Below, piece after piece: positions 50,004-59,214 of a stretch of 64,000 bases of DNA. Origin of the DNA: Candidatus Bathyarchaeia archaeon (GTDB lineage: Archaea > Thermoproteota > Bathyarchaeia > Bathyarchaeales > DTEX01). A program made the translations under genes and the position numbers. The notes beneath the pieces were generated by a model that did not search any database, had not been told where the DNA came from, and worked only from the letters and a program-made list of their open reading frames with translations. The stretch spans positions 27,895-91,894 of the forward strand of contig JAWAXF010000001.1 of NCBI GenBank assembly GCA_038897035.1, given 5' to 3'. Position 1 is the stretch's first letter; each line of letters opens with the position of its first letter.

Positions 50004-52358
50004 TTGGTTTCCGAGAAGAATATCCGAGTCAAGATTGACGAGCTGAGAAGCAGCATAGGTCTTTTGAAGGGCGTTGAGCTCTCTATAGGCAAGATAGTTG
50101 GTGAGGAGTGGCTTGAGGAGATTGGGCCGACACAGTTCCCAAAGATAACTGACTTAAGGGAGTGGGACCTCAAGCTCCTACAGCGTTATAAGCCCTTCTA
50201 TATGCCCTTCTGCGACCTCTGTTGCCTCTGCACATTCGGAAAATGTGATTTAACAGGGGATAAGCGTGGAGCATGCGGAATAAATATGTCAGCACAGCAG
50301 TCACGCATAGTCCTGCTGGCTTGCTGTATAGGCGCCGCAACGCATGCATCCCATGCTAGGCACCTACTTGAGCATCTAATAGAAAAGTATGGGCGCGATA
50401 ATCCAATAGACGTTGGCGGCCCAAGCGTTGAGGTGGAGGCGCCAATAACACGCCTAGTATGCGGTATTAGGCCCAGAACCCTCGGTGATCTAGAGGAAGT
50501 TCTAAATTACCTTGAGCGGGAAATAGTTAGGTCATTAGCGGCCACGCATACCGGCCAAGAGGCAAGCAACCTAGATTTTGAGTCAAAAGTATTTCACGTT
50601 GGAATGATAGATCATGTTGCGCTTGAGGTGGCTGATATAGCGCAGATATCAGCGCTCGGTTTTCCGAAGGCGGATCCAGAAGCGCCCTTAGTTGACATAG
50701 GTTTGGGCGTTGTTGACTCGACGAAGCCAGTCATAATGGTTGTCGGCCACAACGTTCCACCAGCAGCAGCTATAGTAGACTACTTGGTTGATAATGGATT
50801 ATATGGCGGCATTGAGGTTGTAGGCTTATGCTGCACAGCACATGATCTTACACGATATAATCCTAAGGCGAGGATCGTTGGGCCAATATCATGGCAACTA
50901 AGGTTTATTAGGAGCGGCGTAGCCGACGTCATAATTGTTGATGAGCAGTGCATTAGAACCGATACGCTCCTAGAGGCCCAGAAGGTTAAGGCTCCAGTTA
51001 TAGCGACGAGCGATGTGAACTGCGCTGGGCTGCCAGATAGGACAAAAGATAGCGTTGAGAAGATTATTGAGGACTTGGTTCTAAATGGGCAGCCAGGCGC
51101 ATTGATCTTAGATCCGGAGAAGGCTGCTGAGGTCGCTGTTAAGACGGCTCTATTAGTTGCGCCGAGGAGGATGAAGCTTAAGGCTCTCCCAGACGTAAGC
51201 GACATAATTGAGAGCGCAAAGAAATGCCGTAAATGCGATGACTGTAGAAGGGCCTGTCCAAACGATTTGCCAGTAAGAGATGCCCTCGCAGAGGCGTTAG
51301 AAGGCAACCTAAATGCTCTTGCAGATCTCTATGAAGCATGTATCGGCTGCGGTAGATGTGAGAGCGCATGCCCAGTAGATCTCCCACTCCACAGCTTCAT
51401 AGTTAAGGCTGCCGAGAAGAGGATAAAAGAGGAGAAATATAAGGTGCGCGTGGGTAGGGGCGCAATACAGGATGTTGAGATTAGGCAGGTGGGCAGCCCA
51501 ATAGTTCTGGGCGAGATACCCGGAGTTGTTGCCTTCGTCGGCTGCGCTAACTATCCTAATGGAGGAACCGAGGTTGCCAAGATGGCAGTCGAGTTCGCTA
51601 AGAGGCGCTATATTGTCGTGGCAAGCGGCTGTGCAGCCATGTCCATAGGAATGTATAGAGACGAAGAAGGCAAAACGCCATACGAGACCTTCCCAGGAGC
51701 CTTTGACGCTGGGGGAATAGTTAATGTTGGCTCATGCGTTTCAAACTCCCATATTGCTGGCGCAGCAATAAAGATAGCAAATATATTTGCTAAGCGTAGA
51801 CTCAGGGCAAACTATGAAGAGATAGCCGACTATATACTTAATAGGGTTGGCGCAGTCGGCGTAGCTTGGGGCGCCATGTCGCAGAAGGCTGCTGCAATAG
51901 CCAGCGGCTTCTGGAGGCTCGGCGTCCCAGTTATCGTTGGACCTCATGGGCTCAAGTATAGGCGTATGCTCTTAGGCAGGAAGGATAAGCCTGAGGACTG
52001 GTACGTCTATGATGCTAGGACCGGGGAGAAAATTTATGTTGGCCCGGCCCCTGAGCACCTATTCTATGCTGCTGAGAGTAAGGAGGAGGCCATGGTTATG
52101 ATAGCAAAGCTATGCATGAGACCAAACGACACTACTAAAGGTAGGGCGATAAAGCTTTCAAATTACATTGACCTCTATAAGCGCTTCTTCGGAACAATGC
52201 CGGATGACGTGCACCTCTTCGTCCGCACATTGGCCGATGTTCCGCTGACGATGCGCGAGGAGGTTATAAAGGTTCTTGAGGAGAGGGGCTGGAAAGAGAA
52301 TATTATACCAGATCCAACGCTCCTACCAAGACTCGTGAGAAAGAAGGCTGGTGAATGA
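50004..52358 (+). CDS. cdhA: CODH/ACS (ACDS) complex subunit alpha
   Basis: [26 protein letters not shown], two 4Fe-4S motifs, [18 protein letters not shown]. Confidence 0.97.
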   Translation: MVSEKNIRVKIDELRSSIGLLKGVELSIGKIVGEEWLEEIGPTQFPKITDLREWDLKLLQRYKPFYMPFCDLCCLCTFGKCDLTGDKRGACGINMSAQQSRIVLLACCIGAATHASHARHLLEHLIEKYGRDNPIDVGGPSVEVEAPITRLVCGIRPRTLGDLEEVLNYLEREIVRSLAATHTGQEASNLDFESKVFHVGMIDHVALEVADIAQISALGFPKADPEAPLVDIGLGVVDSTKPVIMVVGHNVPPAAAIVDYLVDNGLYGGIEVVGLCCTAHDLTRYNPKARIVGPISWQLRFIRSGVADVIIVDEQCIRTDTLLEAQKVKAPVIATSDVNCAGLPDRTKDSVEKIIEDLVLNGQPGALILDPEKAAEVAVKTALLVAPRRMKLKALPDVSDIIESAKKCRKCDDCRRACPNDLPVRDALAEALEGNLNALADLYEACIGCGRCESACPVDLPLHSFIVKAAEKRIKEEKYKVRVGRGAIQDVEIRQVGSPIVLGEIPGVVAFVGCANYPNGGTEVAKMAVEFAKRRYIVVASGCAAMSIGMYRDEEGKTPYETFPGAFDAGGIVNVGSCVSNSHIAGAAIKIANIFAKRRLRANYEEIADYILNRVGAVGVAWGAMSQKAAAIASGFWRLGVPVIVGPHGLKYRRMLLGRKDKPEDWYVYDARTGEKIYVGPAPEHLFYAAESKEEAMVMIAKLCMRPNDTTKGRAIKLSNYIDLYKRFFGTMPDDVHLFVRTLADVPLTMREEVIKVLEERGWKENIIPDPTLLPRLVRKKAGE

Positions 52359-52359
52359 T

Positions 52360-52908
52360 ATGGCCGGGAGAGCCGAGTCCTGGCAGACGGCTGAGATACC
52401 TGGACCGAAGAAGGCAATGACTATAACCAACCCACAGATAGTCACGGCGCTGATTAGACGATCGAAGGACCCCCTCCTCATTGTCGGAGCAGAAGCACCA
52501 AAGACAAAGCTTGGCGGAGGAGATCTAATAGACTACGCTATAAAAATATCTGAAGCTGCTGGAATACCAATACTCTCCTCACCGAGCATCTTGGGAGAGT
52601 TCCTTAATAGGGGTTTTAAGAGAATTTTTAGCATGCCTCTCGTCGACATAGCGAATAGACTTACAGACCCTAACTGGGCTGGGCTTGAGGGTAGGGGACA
52701 GCATGACCTAGCCATGTTTATGGGCTTTAGGTACTATGTGTGCTGGCTTATCCTCTCTGGTCTAAAGCACTACTCTAAAAACCTCAAGACGATCTCCCTA
52801 GAGATGCACTATCAGCCACATGCACTATGGTCATTCCCGAACATCTCCAAGGAAGAATGGGAGAAAAATCTCGATATAATTATTAAAAGTTTAAAAGAGG
52901 GAAAATGA
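52360..52908 (+). CDS. cdhB: ACDS subunit epsilon
   Basis: WQTAEIPGP, DPNW.GL.G.GQHDL, LSGLKH, YQPHA.WSFPN. Confidence 0.93.
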   Translation: MAGRAESWQTAEIPGPKKAMTITNPQIVTALIRRSKDPLLIVGAEAPKTKLGGGDLIDYAIKISEAAGIPILSSPSILGEFLNRGFKRIFSMPLVDIANRLTDPNWAGLEGRGQHDLAMFMGFRYYVCWLILSGLKHYSKNLKTISLEMHYQPHALWSFPNISKEEWEKNLDIIIKSLKEGK

Positions 52909-52942
52909 TTTTTTAAGAAAAGGTTGAAGGGGTAAGGATAAT

Positions 52943-54358
52943 ATGTCCATGTTTGCCGATATTCCGGTTGGTGTTGGCGAGGTATACTCTGGCGAGAGGA
53001 TTAGGTGGCAGGATACTTATGTTGAGTTTGGCGGGTTAAGGGTTCCATACAAGTTTGAACTCGTTAAAGTCCGTAAGATGGATGAGGTTGAGGATGGAAA
53101 GATAACTATAATTGGCCCAGATATAAAGGATCTTGAACCCCAGAAGTCTTATCCGCTTGGAATATTTATTGAGGTTGCGGGGAGCCAGCTTGAGGAGGAG
53201 CTCGAGGGAGTCGTAGAGCGGAGGATACACGAGTACACGAACTATATTGAGGGCATGATGCACTTAAATCAGAGATACGATATTTGGATAAGGCTAAGCA
53301 AGAGATCCTTTGAGAAGGGCTTAAATTCGTTCCACGTCATCGGGAAAGTTTATCAGAGATTGTTTAAGATGGAGCTTCCAATAATTGAGAAGATACAAAT
53401 AACCTTTATAACAGACCCGGAGAAAATTAAGGAAATGTATGATTATGCACTTAAGGAATATGAGAAGAGGGATGCCAGAGCTAGGGGTCTGAAGGATGAG
53501 GAGGTCGACGCATTCTACGGGTGCACCCTATGCCAATCTTTTGCGCCGACACACGTATGCGTTATAACCCCACAAAGATACTCTAATTGCGGGGCCATAA
53601 GCTGGTTTGATGCAAGGGCTTCAGCGAGGATTGACCCAAAGGGACCGGTATTTAAGATAGAGAAAGGCGAGTGCGCAGATTCAATAAAAGGCGAGTATAA
53701 TGGCGTAAATGAAGTTGTTAAAATGAAGTCCGGCGGGGAGATACAGCGCGTATGGCTCTACACTGCCTTTGGCTATCCCCATACATCCTGTGGGTGCTTT
53801 GAAGCAGTTGCATTTTATATACCCGAGGTTGACGGCTTCGGAATAGTTCATAGGGGCTTCACAGAAAACACCCCAATAGGCATACCCTTCTCGAAGCTGG
53901 CAGACTCAACTGCCGGTGGTAGACAAATTGACGGCTTCCACGGAATATCAATCGAATACATGCGCTCACAAAAGTTCCTACAGGCGGATGGGGGTTGGGA
54001 GAGAGTTGTCTGGGTTCCCTCAGCCGTTTTAGAGAGGGTTAAGGACTTCGTTCCAAAGCACCTTTTGGATAAAATAGCAACAGAGAAAGACGCTAAGAAT
54101 GTGGAGGAGCTCAAAAACTTTTTGGTAGTTAAGGGTCACCCGATAGTTAAGAGGTGGGAGGAGAAGGCTAAAGCTGAGGTGGTTGCAAAGCCAGTTGAGG
54201 AGAAGGCTGTGCCAGCATCTGCCGTCGCCGCTCCGGAGGTTACTGCGGAAATGGTGGCTCCGGTGACCGTCGGCGCTGTCGGAGGCTTCAGGATAATCCT
54301 TAAGAATGCTAAAATTAGGGCGGAGAAGGTCAAGATAATTCGGGCTAAGGAGAAGTGA
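52943..54358 (+). CDS. cdhC: ACDS subunit beta (acetyl-CoA synthase)
   Basis: HLNQRYD, FYGCTLCQSFAP, HTSCGCFE, FLQADGGW. Confidence 0.97.
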   Translation: MSMFADIPVGVGEVYSGERIRWQDTYVEFGGLRVPYKFELVKVRKMDEVEDGKITIIGPDIKDLEPQKSYPLGIFIEVAGSQLEEELEGVVERRIHEYTNYIEGMMHLNQRYDIWIRLSKRSFEKGLNSFHVIGKVYQRLFKMELPIIEKIQITFITDPEKIKEMYDYALKEYEKRDARARGLKDEEVDAFYGCTLCQSFAPTHVCVITPQRYSNCGAISWFDARASARIDPKGPVFKIEKGECADSIKGEYNGVNEVVKMKSGGEIQRVWLYTAFGYPHTSCGCFEAVAFYIPEVDGFGIVHRGFTENTPIGIPFSKLADSTAGGRQIDGFHGISIEYMRSQKFLQADGGWERVVWVPSAVLERVKDFVPKHLLDKIATEKDAKNVEELKNFLVVKGHPIVKRWEEKAKAEVVAKPVEEKAVPASAVAAPEVTAEMVAPVTVGAVGGFRIILKNAKIRAEKVKIIRAKEK

Positions 54359-54365
54359 TGAGATA

Positions 54366-55598
54366 ATGAGTAAGGAGAAGAAGGAGGAGACCGAGGAAGG
54401 AGCTCTCATCAAGATTAGCCCAAAGCTCCTTGACCTCCTAAGGGAGTTTGGCGAGATCGAGTTAGAGGATGTCGAGATAGAGGCTGAGGAGCTAGAGATA
54501 TGGGTCCCAGCAGTTACCGCCGTTGCCCCACCAGCCGCAGCCCCGCCTAGAATAGTCCCAGCCAAGCCAGTTGAGGTAATGAGGGCCGAGTTTAAGCCCC
54601 CAATCCAAACATATCAGGGAAGAATAGTTGAGGTTAAACTTGGCGCAACGCGGAGTGAGGGGGGCACAAGGGAGAAGGTCATAAAGGTTGGTGGGGAGGC
54701 TGCTCCAGCCTTCTACCTATTTGAGGAGAACCCGCCGAACCCGCCGGTAATCTCGGCTGACGTATTTGACATGGAGGTCCCGCTTCCAAAGGCCATAAAG
54801 ATGCACGTCCAAGAGGTCATCGGCGACCCGGCCGCATGGGCTAAGCTCGCTGTAGATAAGTTTGGAGCAGACTTGGTTACAGTCCACCTAGTTAGCACGG
54901 ACCCTCTGAGGAGGGACGCCCCGCCGAGTGAGGCGGCAAAAACTATTGAGAATGTCCTGCAGGCGGTTAAGGTTCCAATAATCGTCGGCGGCTCGGGGGA
55001 TCCAAAGAAGGATGCCGAGGTATTTAAGAGGGCTGCGGAGGTGGCTCATGGGGAGCGCGTCATGTTGAGCTCGGTAACGCTGGATATGGCTGAAGCTGGC
55101 CTCCTTGGAGATATCGCCAAGGCCGCTAAGGAGCACGGTCACGTTGTACTGGCATTCACGGCCATAGATTTGAACCAAGCTAAGGAGCTCAATAGGAAAC
55201 TCTATGATTATCTGCCTAGGGATAGTATAATCATGGATCTGACGACTGCCGCCCTAGGATATGGGCTGGAGTATTCATTTACTGTTCATGAGAGGGCTAG
55301 GTTAGCGGCATTAGCCGGCGACCCTGAGCTCCAGCATCCCACCTCCTCAGGGACTACTAACGCCTGGGCCGCTAGGGAGGCTTGGCTTAAGCTAGGCTCT
55401 GAGTGGGAGCCTAGGGAGCTTAGAGGCCCATTATGGGAGACGATCACGGCTCTGACCCTCCTTCTAGCTGGCGTAGACATGTTTATGATGATGCACCCAG
55501 CGGCAATACACACGGTAAAGGAGGTCATAGGGAACCTTTATAAACGTGGTGGGGCTAAGCCCGAGGGCATATCTGATTGGGTCTCCATTAAAATATAG
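54366..55598 (+). CDS. cdhD: ACDS subunit delta (CFeSP small subunit)
   Basis: GGSGDPKKD, TAALGYGLEYSF, NAWAAREAW, RGPLWE, MMHP. Confidence 0.95.
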   Translation: MSKEKKEETEEGALIKISPKLLDLLREFGEIELEDVEIEAEELEIWVPAVTAVAPPAAAPPRIVPAKPVEVMRAEFKPPIQTYQGRIVEVKLGATRSEGGTREKVIKVGGEAAPAFYLFEENPPNPPVISADVFDMEVPLPKAIKMHVQEVIGDPAAWAKLAVDKFGADLVTVHLVSTDPLRRDAPPSEAAKTIENVLQAVKVPIIVGGSGDPKKDAEVFKRAAEVAHGERVMLSSVTLDMAEAGLLGDIAKAAKEHGHVVLAFTAIDLNQAKELNRKLYDYLPRDSIIMDLTTAALGYGLEYSFTVHERARLAALAGDPELQHPTSSGTTNAWAAREAWLKLGSEWEPRELRGPLWETITALTLLLAGVDMFMMMHPAAIHTVKEVIGNLYKRGGAKPEGISDWVSIKI

Positions 55599-55613
55599 TC
55601 TTGGGTGAGGGGA

Positions 55614-57050
55614 ATGAGCGCCAGCGAAGCGAGGAAGGGCGTTAGGGAGATAAGCCCACTAGACGTCTATACGCTTCTACCAAGGACGAACTGTGGGAAG
55701 TGCGGCGAGAGCAACTGCATGGCCTTCGCAACAAAGCTCGTCAACAGGGAGGTCGCGCTGGAGTTATGTAATCCGCTCATTGAGGAGGATAAATACAAGA
55801 GCCAGTACGCAAAGCTGAGGGATCTCCTAGCGCCGCCAATAAAGGAAGTCGTTATTGGGGTTGGGGAGGGCGCAGTTAAGGTTGGCGGCAAGCTCGTAAT
55901 GTATAGGCATGAGCTCACCTACACAAACCCAACACCAATAGCCATAGACATCACAGATGAGATGCTGGAGGATGAGATGCTCAAGCGCCTAGAGAAGATC
56001 AATGGCCTCGCATATACTTATATCGGCAGAACAATCAGGCTCGACATGGTGGCGATTAGGTCAACCTCAAACGATCCAGCGAAGTTTAAGTCGGTTGTCC
56101 AGAAAGTTGCATCTGTAACGAAACTCCCGCTGATATTATGCACGTTTAACCCGGACATCATGAGGGCCGGCCTCGAGGTAGTATATGATCGGAGGCCGCT
56201 GATATATGCCGCCACAGAGCACAACTGGAGGCAGATGGCCGATCTAGCACTAATGTATAATTGCCCACTAGCGGTCTTCGCCCCAAACAATATAGGGCTG
56301 TTAAAGTCTCTCACAAACACCCTCCTGGAATATGGCGTTGAGGGCCTCCTTATGGATCCCGGAACATTTCCGGAGGAAGGTATCGCCGACACCCTCACAA
56401 ACTTCACAATGATTAGGAGGAGTGCATGCAAGTTCGGTGACAACTTGCTGGGCTTTCCACTAATAGGTGTGCCGATGACGGCGTGGTCTATAAAAGACGC
56501 TCCTAAGGAAGTCCTCCATTGGAAGGAGGCATGCCTAGCAGCGATGCTGATTGTCAGGTACGCTGACTTACTCATAATGCATAGCCTTGAGGGCTGGGCC
56601 CTACTACCAAACCTGATCCTAAGGGCTAATATATATACTGATCCAAGAAAACCCGTTGCCGTTGAGCCGGGGCTGAGGGTCTTCGGCAGCCCAGATGAGA
56701 ACTCACCAGTCCTAGTAACATCAAACTACGCGCTGACATTCTTCACGGTGCAGTCTGATATTGAGTCGGCCGGGATAAGCTGCTACCTCATCGTCGTTGA
56801 CAGCGAAGGATATGCCGTGGAGAGCGCTGTTGCCGGGAGGAAGATGACGGCTCAGACAATAGCGGATGCGCTTAAATCCTCCGGTGTGGAAGGTAAGGTT
56901 AGGCATAGGCTCCTCATAATTCCAGGGTTGGCGGCTAGACTAAGTGGCGAGATAGAAGAGATAACCGGCTGGAAGGTTCTTGTGGGGCCCAGAGATTCAT
57001 CCTTCATTCAGGCATTCTTAAAGGAGAACTGGCCTCCAAAAAGTTCGTGA
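55614..57050 (+). CDS. cdhE: ACDS subunit gamma (CFeSP large subunit)
   Basis: LPRTNCGKCGESNCMAFA, YRHE, IYTDPRKP, NYALT, VGPRDS. Confidence 0.96.
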   Translation: MSASEARKGVREISPLDVYTLLPRTNCGKCGESNCMAFATKLVNREVALELCNPLIEEDKYKSQYAKLRDLLAPPIKEVVIGVGEGAVKVGGKLVMYRHELTYTNPTPIAIDITDEMLEDEMLKRLEKINGLAYTYIGRTIRLDMVAIRSTSNDPAKFKSVVQKVASVTKLPLILCTFNPDIMRAGLEVVYDRRPLIYAATEHNWRQMADLALMYNCPLAVFAPNNIGLLKSLTNTLLEYGVEGLLMDPGTFPEEGIADTLTNFTMIRRSACKFGDNLLGFPLIGVPMTAWSIKDAPKEVLHWKEACLAAMLIVRYADLLIMHSLEGWALLPNLILRANIYTDPRKPVAVEPGLRVFGSPDENSPVLVTSNYALTFFTVQSDIESAGISCYLIVVDSEGYAVESAVAGRKMTAQTIADALKSSGVEGKVRHRLLIIPGLAARLSGEIEEITGWKVLVGPRDSSFIQAFLKENWPPKSS

Positions 57051-57101
57051 AAACTTTTTCTTCTAGCTTCTACACATTTTACTCTTACAGAGGGTTTCAT
57101 C

Positions 57102-57875
57102 TTGAAGATAATTGTCTCCATGGGTAGGGGTGGAACTGGCAAAACAAGCTTCGTAGCCCTGACCACAAAATACTTTATTGAAAAGGGCGAGTTCCCAATA
57201 CTCCTTATAGATGCCGATCCAGACCAGAGCCTAGCAGACGTTCTCGGAATAGATTTCGAGGGAGAAGGCAAAAAGACGATCTCAGAGCTCCTCGTCGAGA
57301 CTTTCATTGAGGGTGGGGGGACGCTAGTCGGGGTTCCTCCATCCGAGAGAATGGAGAGCAGGATTTGGGAGGAGGGCCTATACGAGGGAGAGTACTTTGA
57401 CTTGATCGCGATAGGGCCTAAGTGGGTTGAGGGCTGCTACTGCCTTCCAAACGATGCTCTAAGGGCGGCCCTCGGGAACCTTATAAAAAACTATAAATAT
57501 ATTATCATCGACACACCTGCTGGTCTAGAACACTTAAATAGACGAATAACCACTAGAGTTAACGATATATTTGACTTAATAGATCCTTCAGTGAAGTCCT
57601 TTGAACATGTAGCCAGGGCGTATAGGATAGCGCGCGAAGTCAACATAAAATTCGACAATTTTTATGTTGTCGGCGGCTTTAGATTCCCAGAGAATCTCGG
57701 AGGTAGAGTTGAGAGCGAATTAGGCTTGAAGTTCCTTGGGAAGATAGCCTTTGACAAAAATGTTGAAGATTTTGTTCTTTCCGGGAGGCCCCTTCTCGAG
57801 ATCCCCGAGGCCTCTCCAGCGTATTCTTCAGTTAAGGAAATATTGGCCAGAGCTGGATATTATCTAAGGAGTTGA
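57102..57875 (+). CDS. CooC/AcsF-like nickel-insertion ATPase
   Basis: GRGGTGKT, IDADPD, EGCYC, DTPAGLEHLNR. Confidence 0.88.
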   Translation: MKIIVSMGRGGTGKTSFVALTTKYFIEKGEFPILLIDADPDQSLADVLGIDFEGEGKKTISELLVETFIEGGGTLVGVPPSERMESRIWEEGLYEGEYFDLIAIGPKWVEGCYCLPNDALRAALGNLIKNYKYIIIDTPAGLEHLNRRITTRVNDIFDLIDPSVKSFEHVARAYRIAREVNIKFDNFYVVGGFRFPENLGGRVESELGLKFLGKIAFDKNVEDFVLSGRPLLEIPEASPAYSSVKEILARAGYYLRS

Positions 57876-57886
57876 GAGACACTAAA

Positions 57887-58312
57887 ATGGGCGAGACCAA
57901 AAGCATAGACATTTTTCAGATGCTTCTAGAAAGCTCGGGAAAAAGGAGTCGTAGGCATGAGGTTTTAGAATCCCTCGGGATAAAAGAGTATTTCTCTGAC
58001 GGAAGTATAGAGATAGACAAGAAGACTTGTAGGGGCGTGGATTGTCAGCTCTGCATTAAGGTCTGCCCAACAAACGCTCTCTACTGGAGCTATGGTCAGG
58101 TAAACATAATTAGAGATTTATGTATACACTGTACTGCCTGCGTTTTAGTTTGCATGGTTGACGACTGCATTAAAGTCACTAGGAGACGATCCAGTGACAG
58201 GGTCGAATCCTTTAGTAACCCAAGGCAAGTATTCAGGATGCTTCAGTCAATTGGCTCCGAAAAGCGCCTCGACGTAGTGAACAGGATCTTTCAGCCTAGA
58301 AGACCCTTCTAG
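57887..58312 (+). CDS. 4Fe-4S dicluster ferredoxin-like protein
   Basis: CRGVDCQLCIKVCP and CIHCTACVLVC motifs. Confidence 0.85.
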   Translation: MGETKSIDIFQMLLESSGKRSRRHEVLESLGIKEYFSDGSIEIDKKTCRGVDCQLCIKVCPTNALYWSYGQVNIIRDLCIHCTACVLVCMVDDCIKVTRRRSSDRVESFSNPRQVFRMLQSIGSEKRLDVVNRIFQPRRPF

Positions 58313-58324
58313 GAGGAAGTATTC

Positions 58325-59134
58325 TTGAAGATTGTTGTCGCTGGTAAGGGTGGTGTTGGGAAAACCCTTGTCGCCGGAACCATAGCCCGAATCTACGCCC
58401 GCATGGGCTTCAATGTTCTGGCAATCGACGCTGATCCAGCAATGAACCTCGCCTACGCCCTGGGCATACCACAGGAGACCTCGTCGAGGATAGTGCCCAT
58501 AGCCGAGAACAGCTCCCTGATAGAGGAGCGAACCGGGGCTAAACCCGGATCAGCATTCGGAATACTCTTCAGTTTAACACCCACGGTGGATGATATAGCT
58601 GATAGGTATGGTGTTGTTGGACCGGATGGGGTTAGACTTCTTGTCATGGGCACTATAAGATCCGGCGGATCCGGCTGCGCATGCCCGGCAAACTCACTCT
58701 TGAGCGCATTGATTAGACACATAACCTTAAGAAGGGGTGACATAGTGATCATGGATGCAGAGGCTGGTCTAGAGCACTTGGGCAGAGCTACAGCCAAGGG
58801 CTTTGATACTTTAATATGCATTGTTGAGCCAAGCGCGCCATCAATTGAAACCGGCATAAAAATCAGGAGACTGGCCAGCGAGATAAATATTAGGGATATT
58901 ATCTTTGTTGGGAATAAGATGTCTGACCCCGCTGATGAAGAGTATATTAGGGGGGAACTAGGTAGGTTCTCCCTAGACCTCTTCCACATAATCCCCCTTG
59001 ATCAAAGCGTTATTAAGGCTGGAATAGCCCGCGTTGCACCGATAGATCACTCACCATCTTCGCCAGCAATCCTGGCCATAAAGAGCCTCGCCGACAAGCT
59101 CATAAGGAGATTTGCTAGCAGCATAAAACTTTAA
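58325..59134 (+). CDS. cooC: CooC-like nickel-insertion ATPase
   Basis: GKGGVGKT, IDADP, GCACP, DAEAGLEHLGR. Confidence 0.9.
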   Translation: MKIVVAGKGGVGKTLVAGTIARIYARMGFNVLAIDADPAMNLAYALGIPQETSSRIVPIAENSSLIEERTGAKPGSAFGILFSLTPTVDDIADRYGVVGPDGVRLLVMGTIRSGGSGCACPANSLLSALIRHITLRRGDIVIMDAEAGLEHLGRATAKGFDTLICIVEPSAPSIETGIKIRRLASEINIRDIIFVGNKMSDPADEEYIRGELGRFSLDLFHIIPLDQSVIKAGIARVAPIDHSPSSPAILAIKSLADKLIRRFASSIKL

Positions 59135-59214
59135 ACGTTAGAAAAAGAATTGGATACTCTCCCCTTAAATATGAATTAAGATAAGCATTTACCCTGAAAA
59201 AGCATTAAATATAT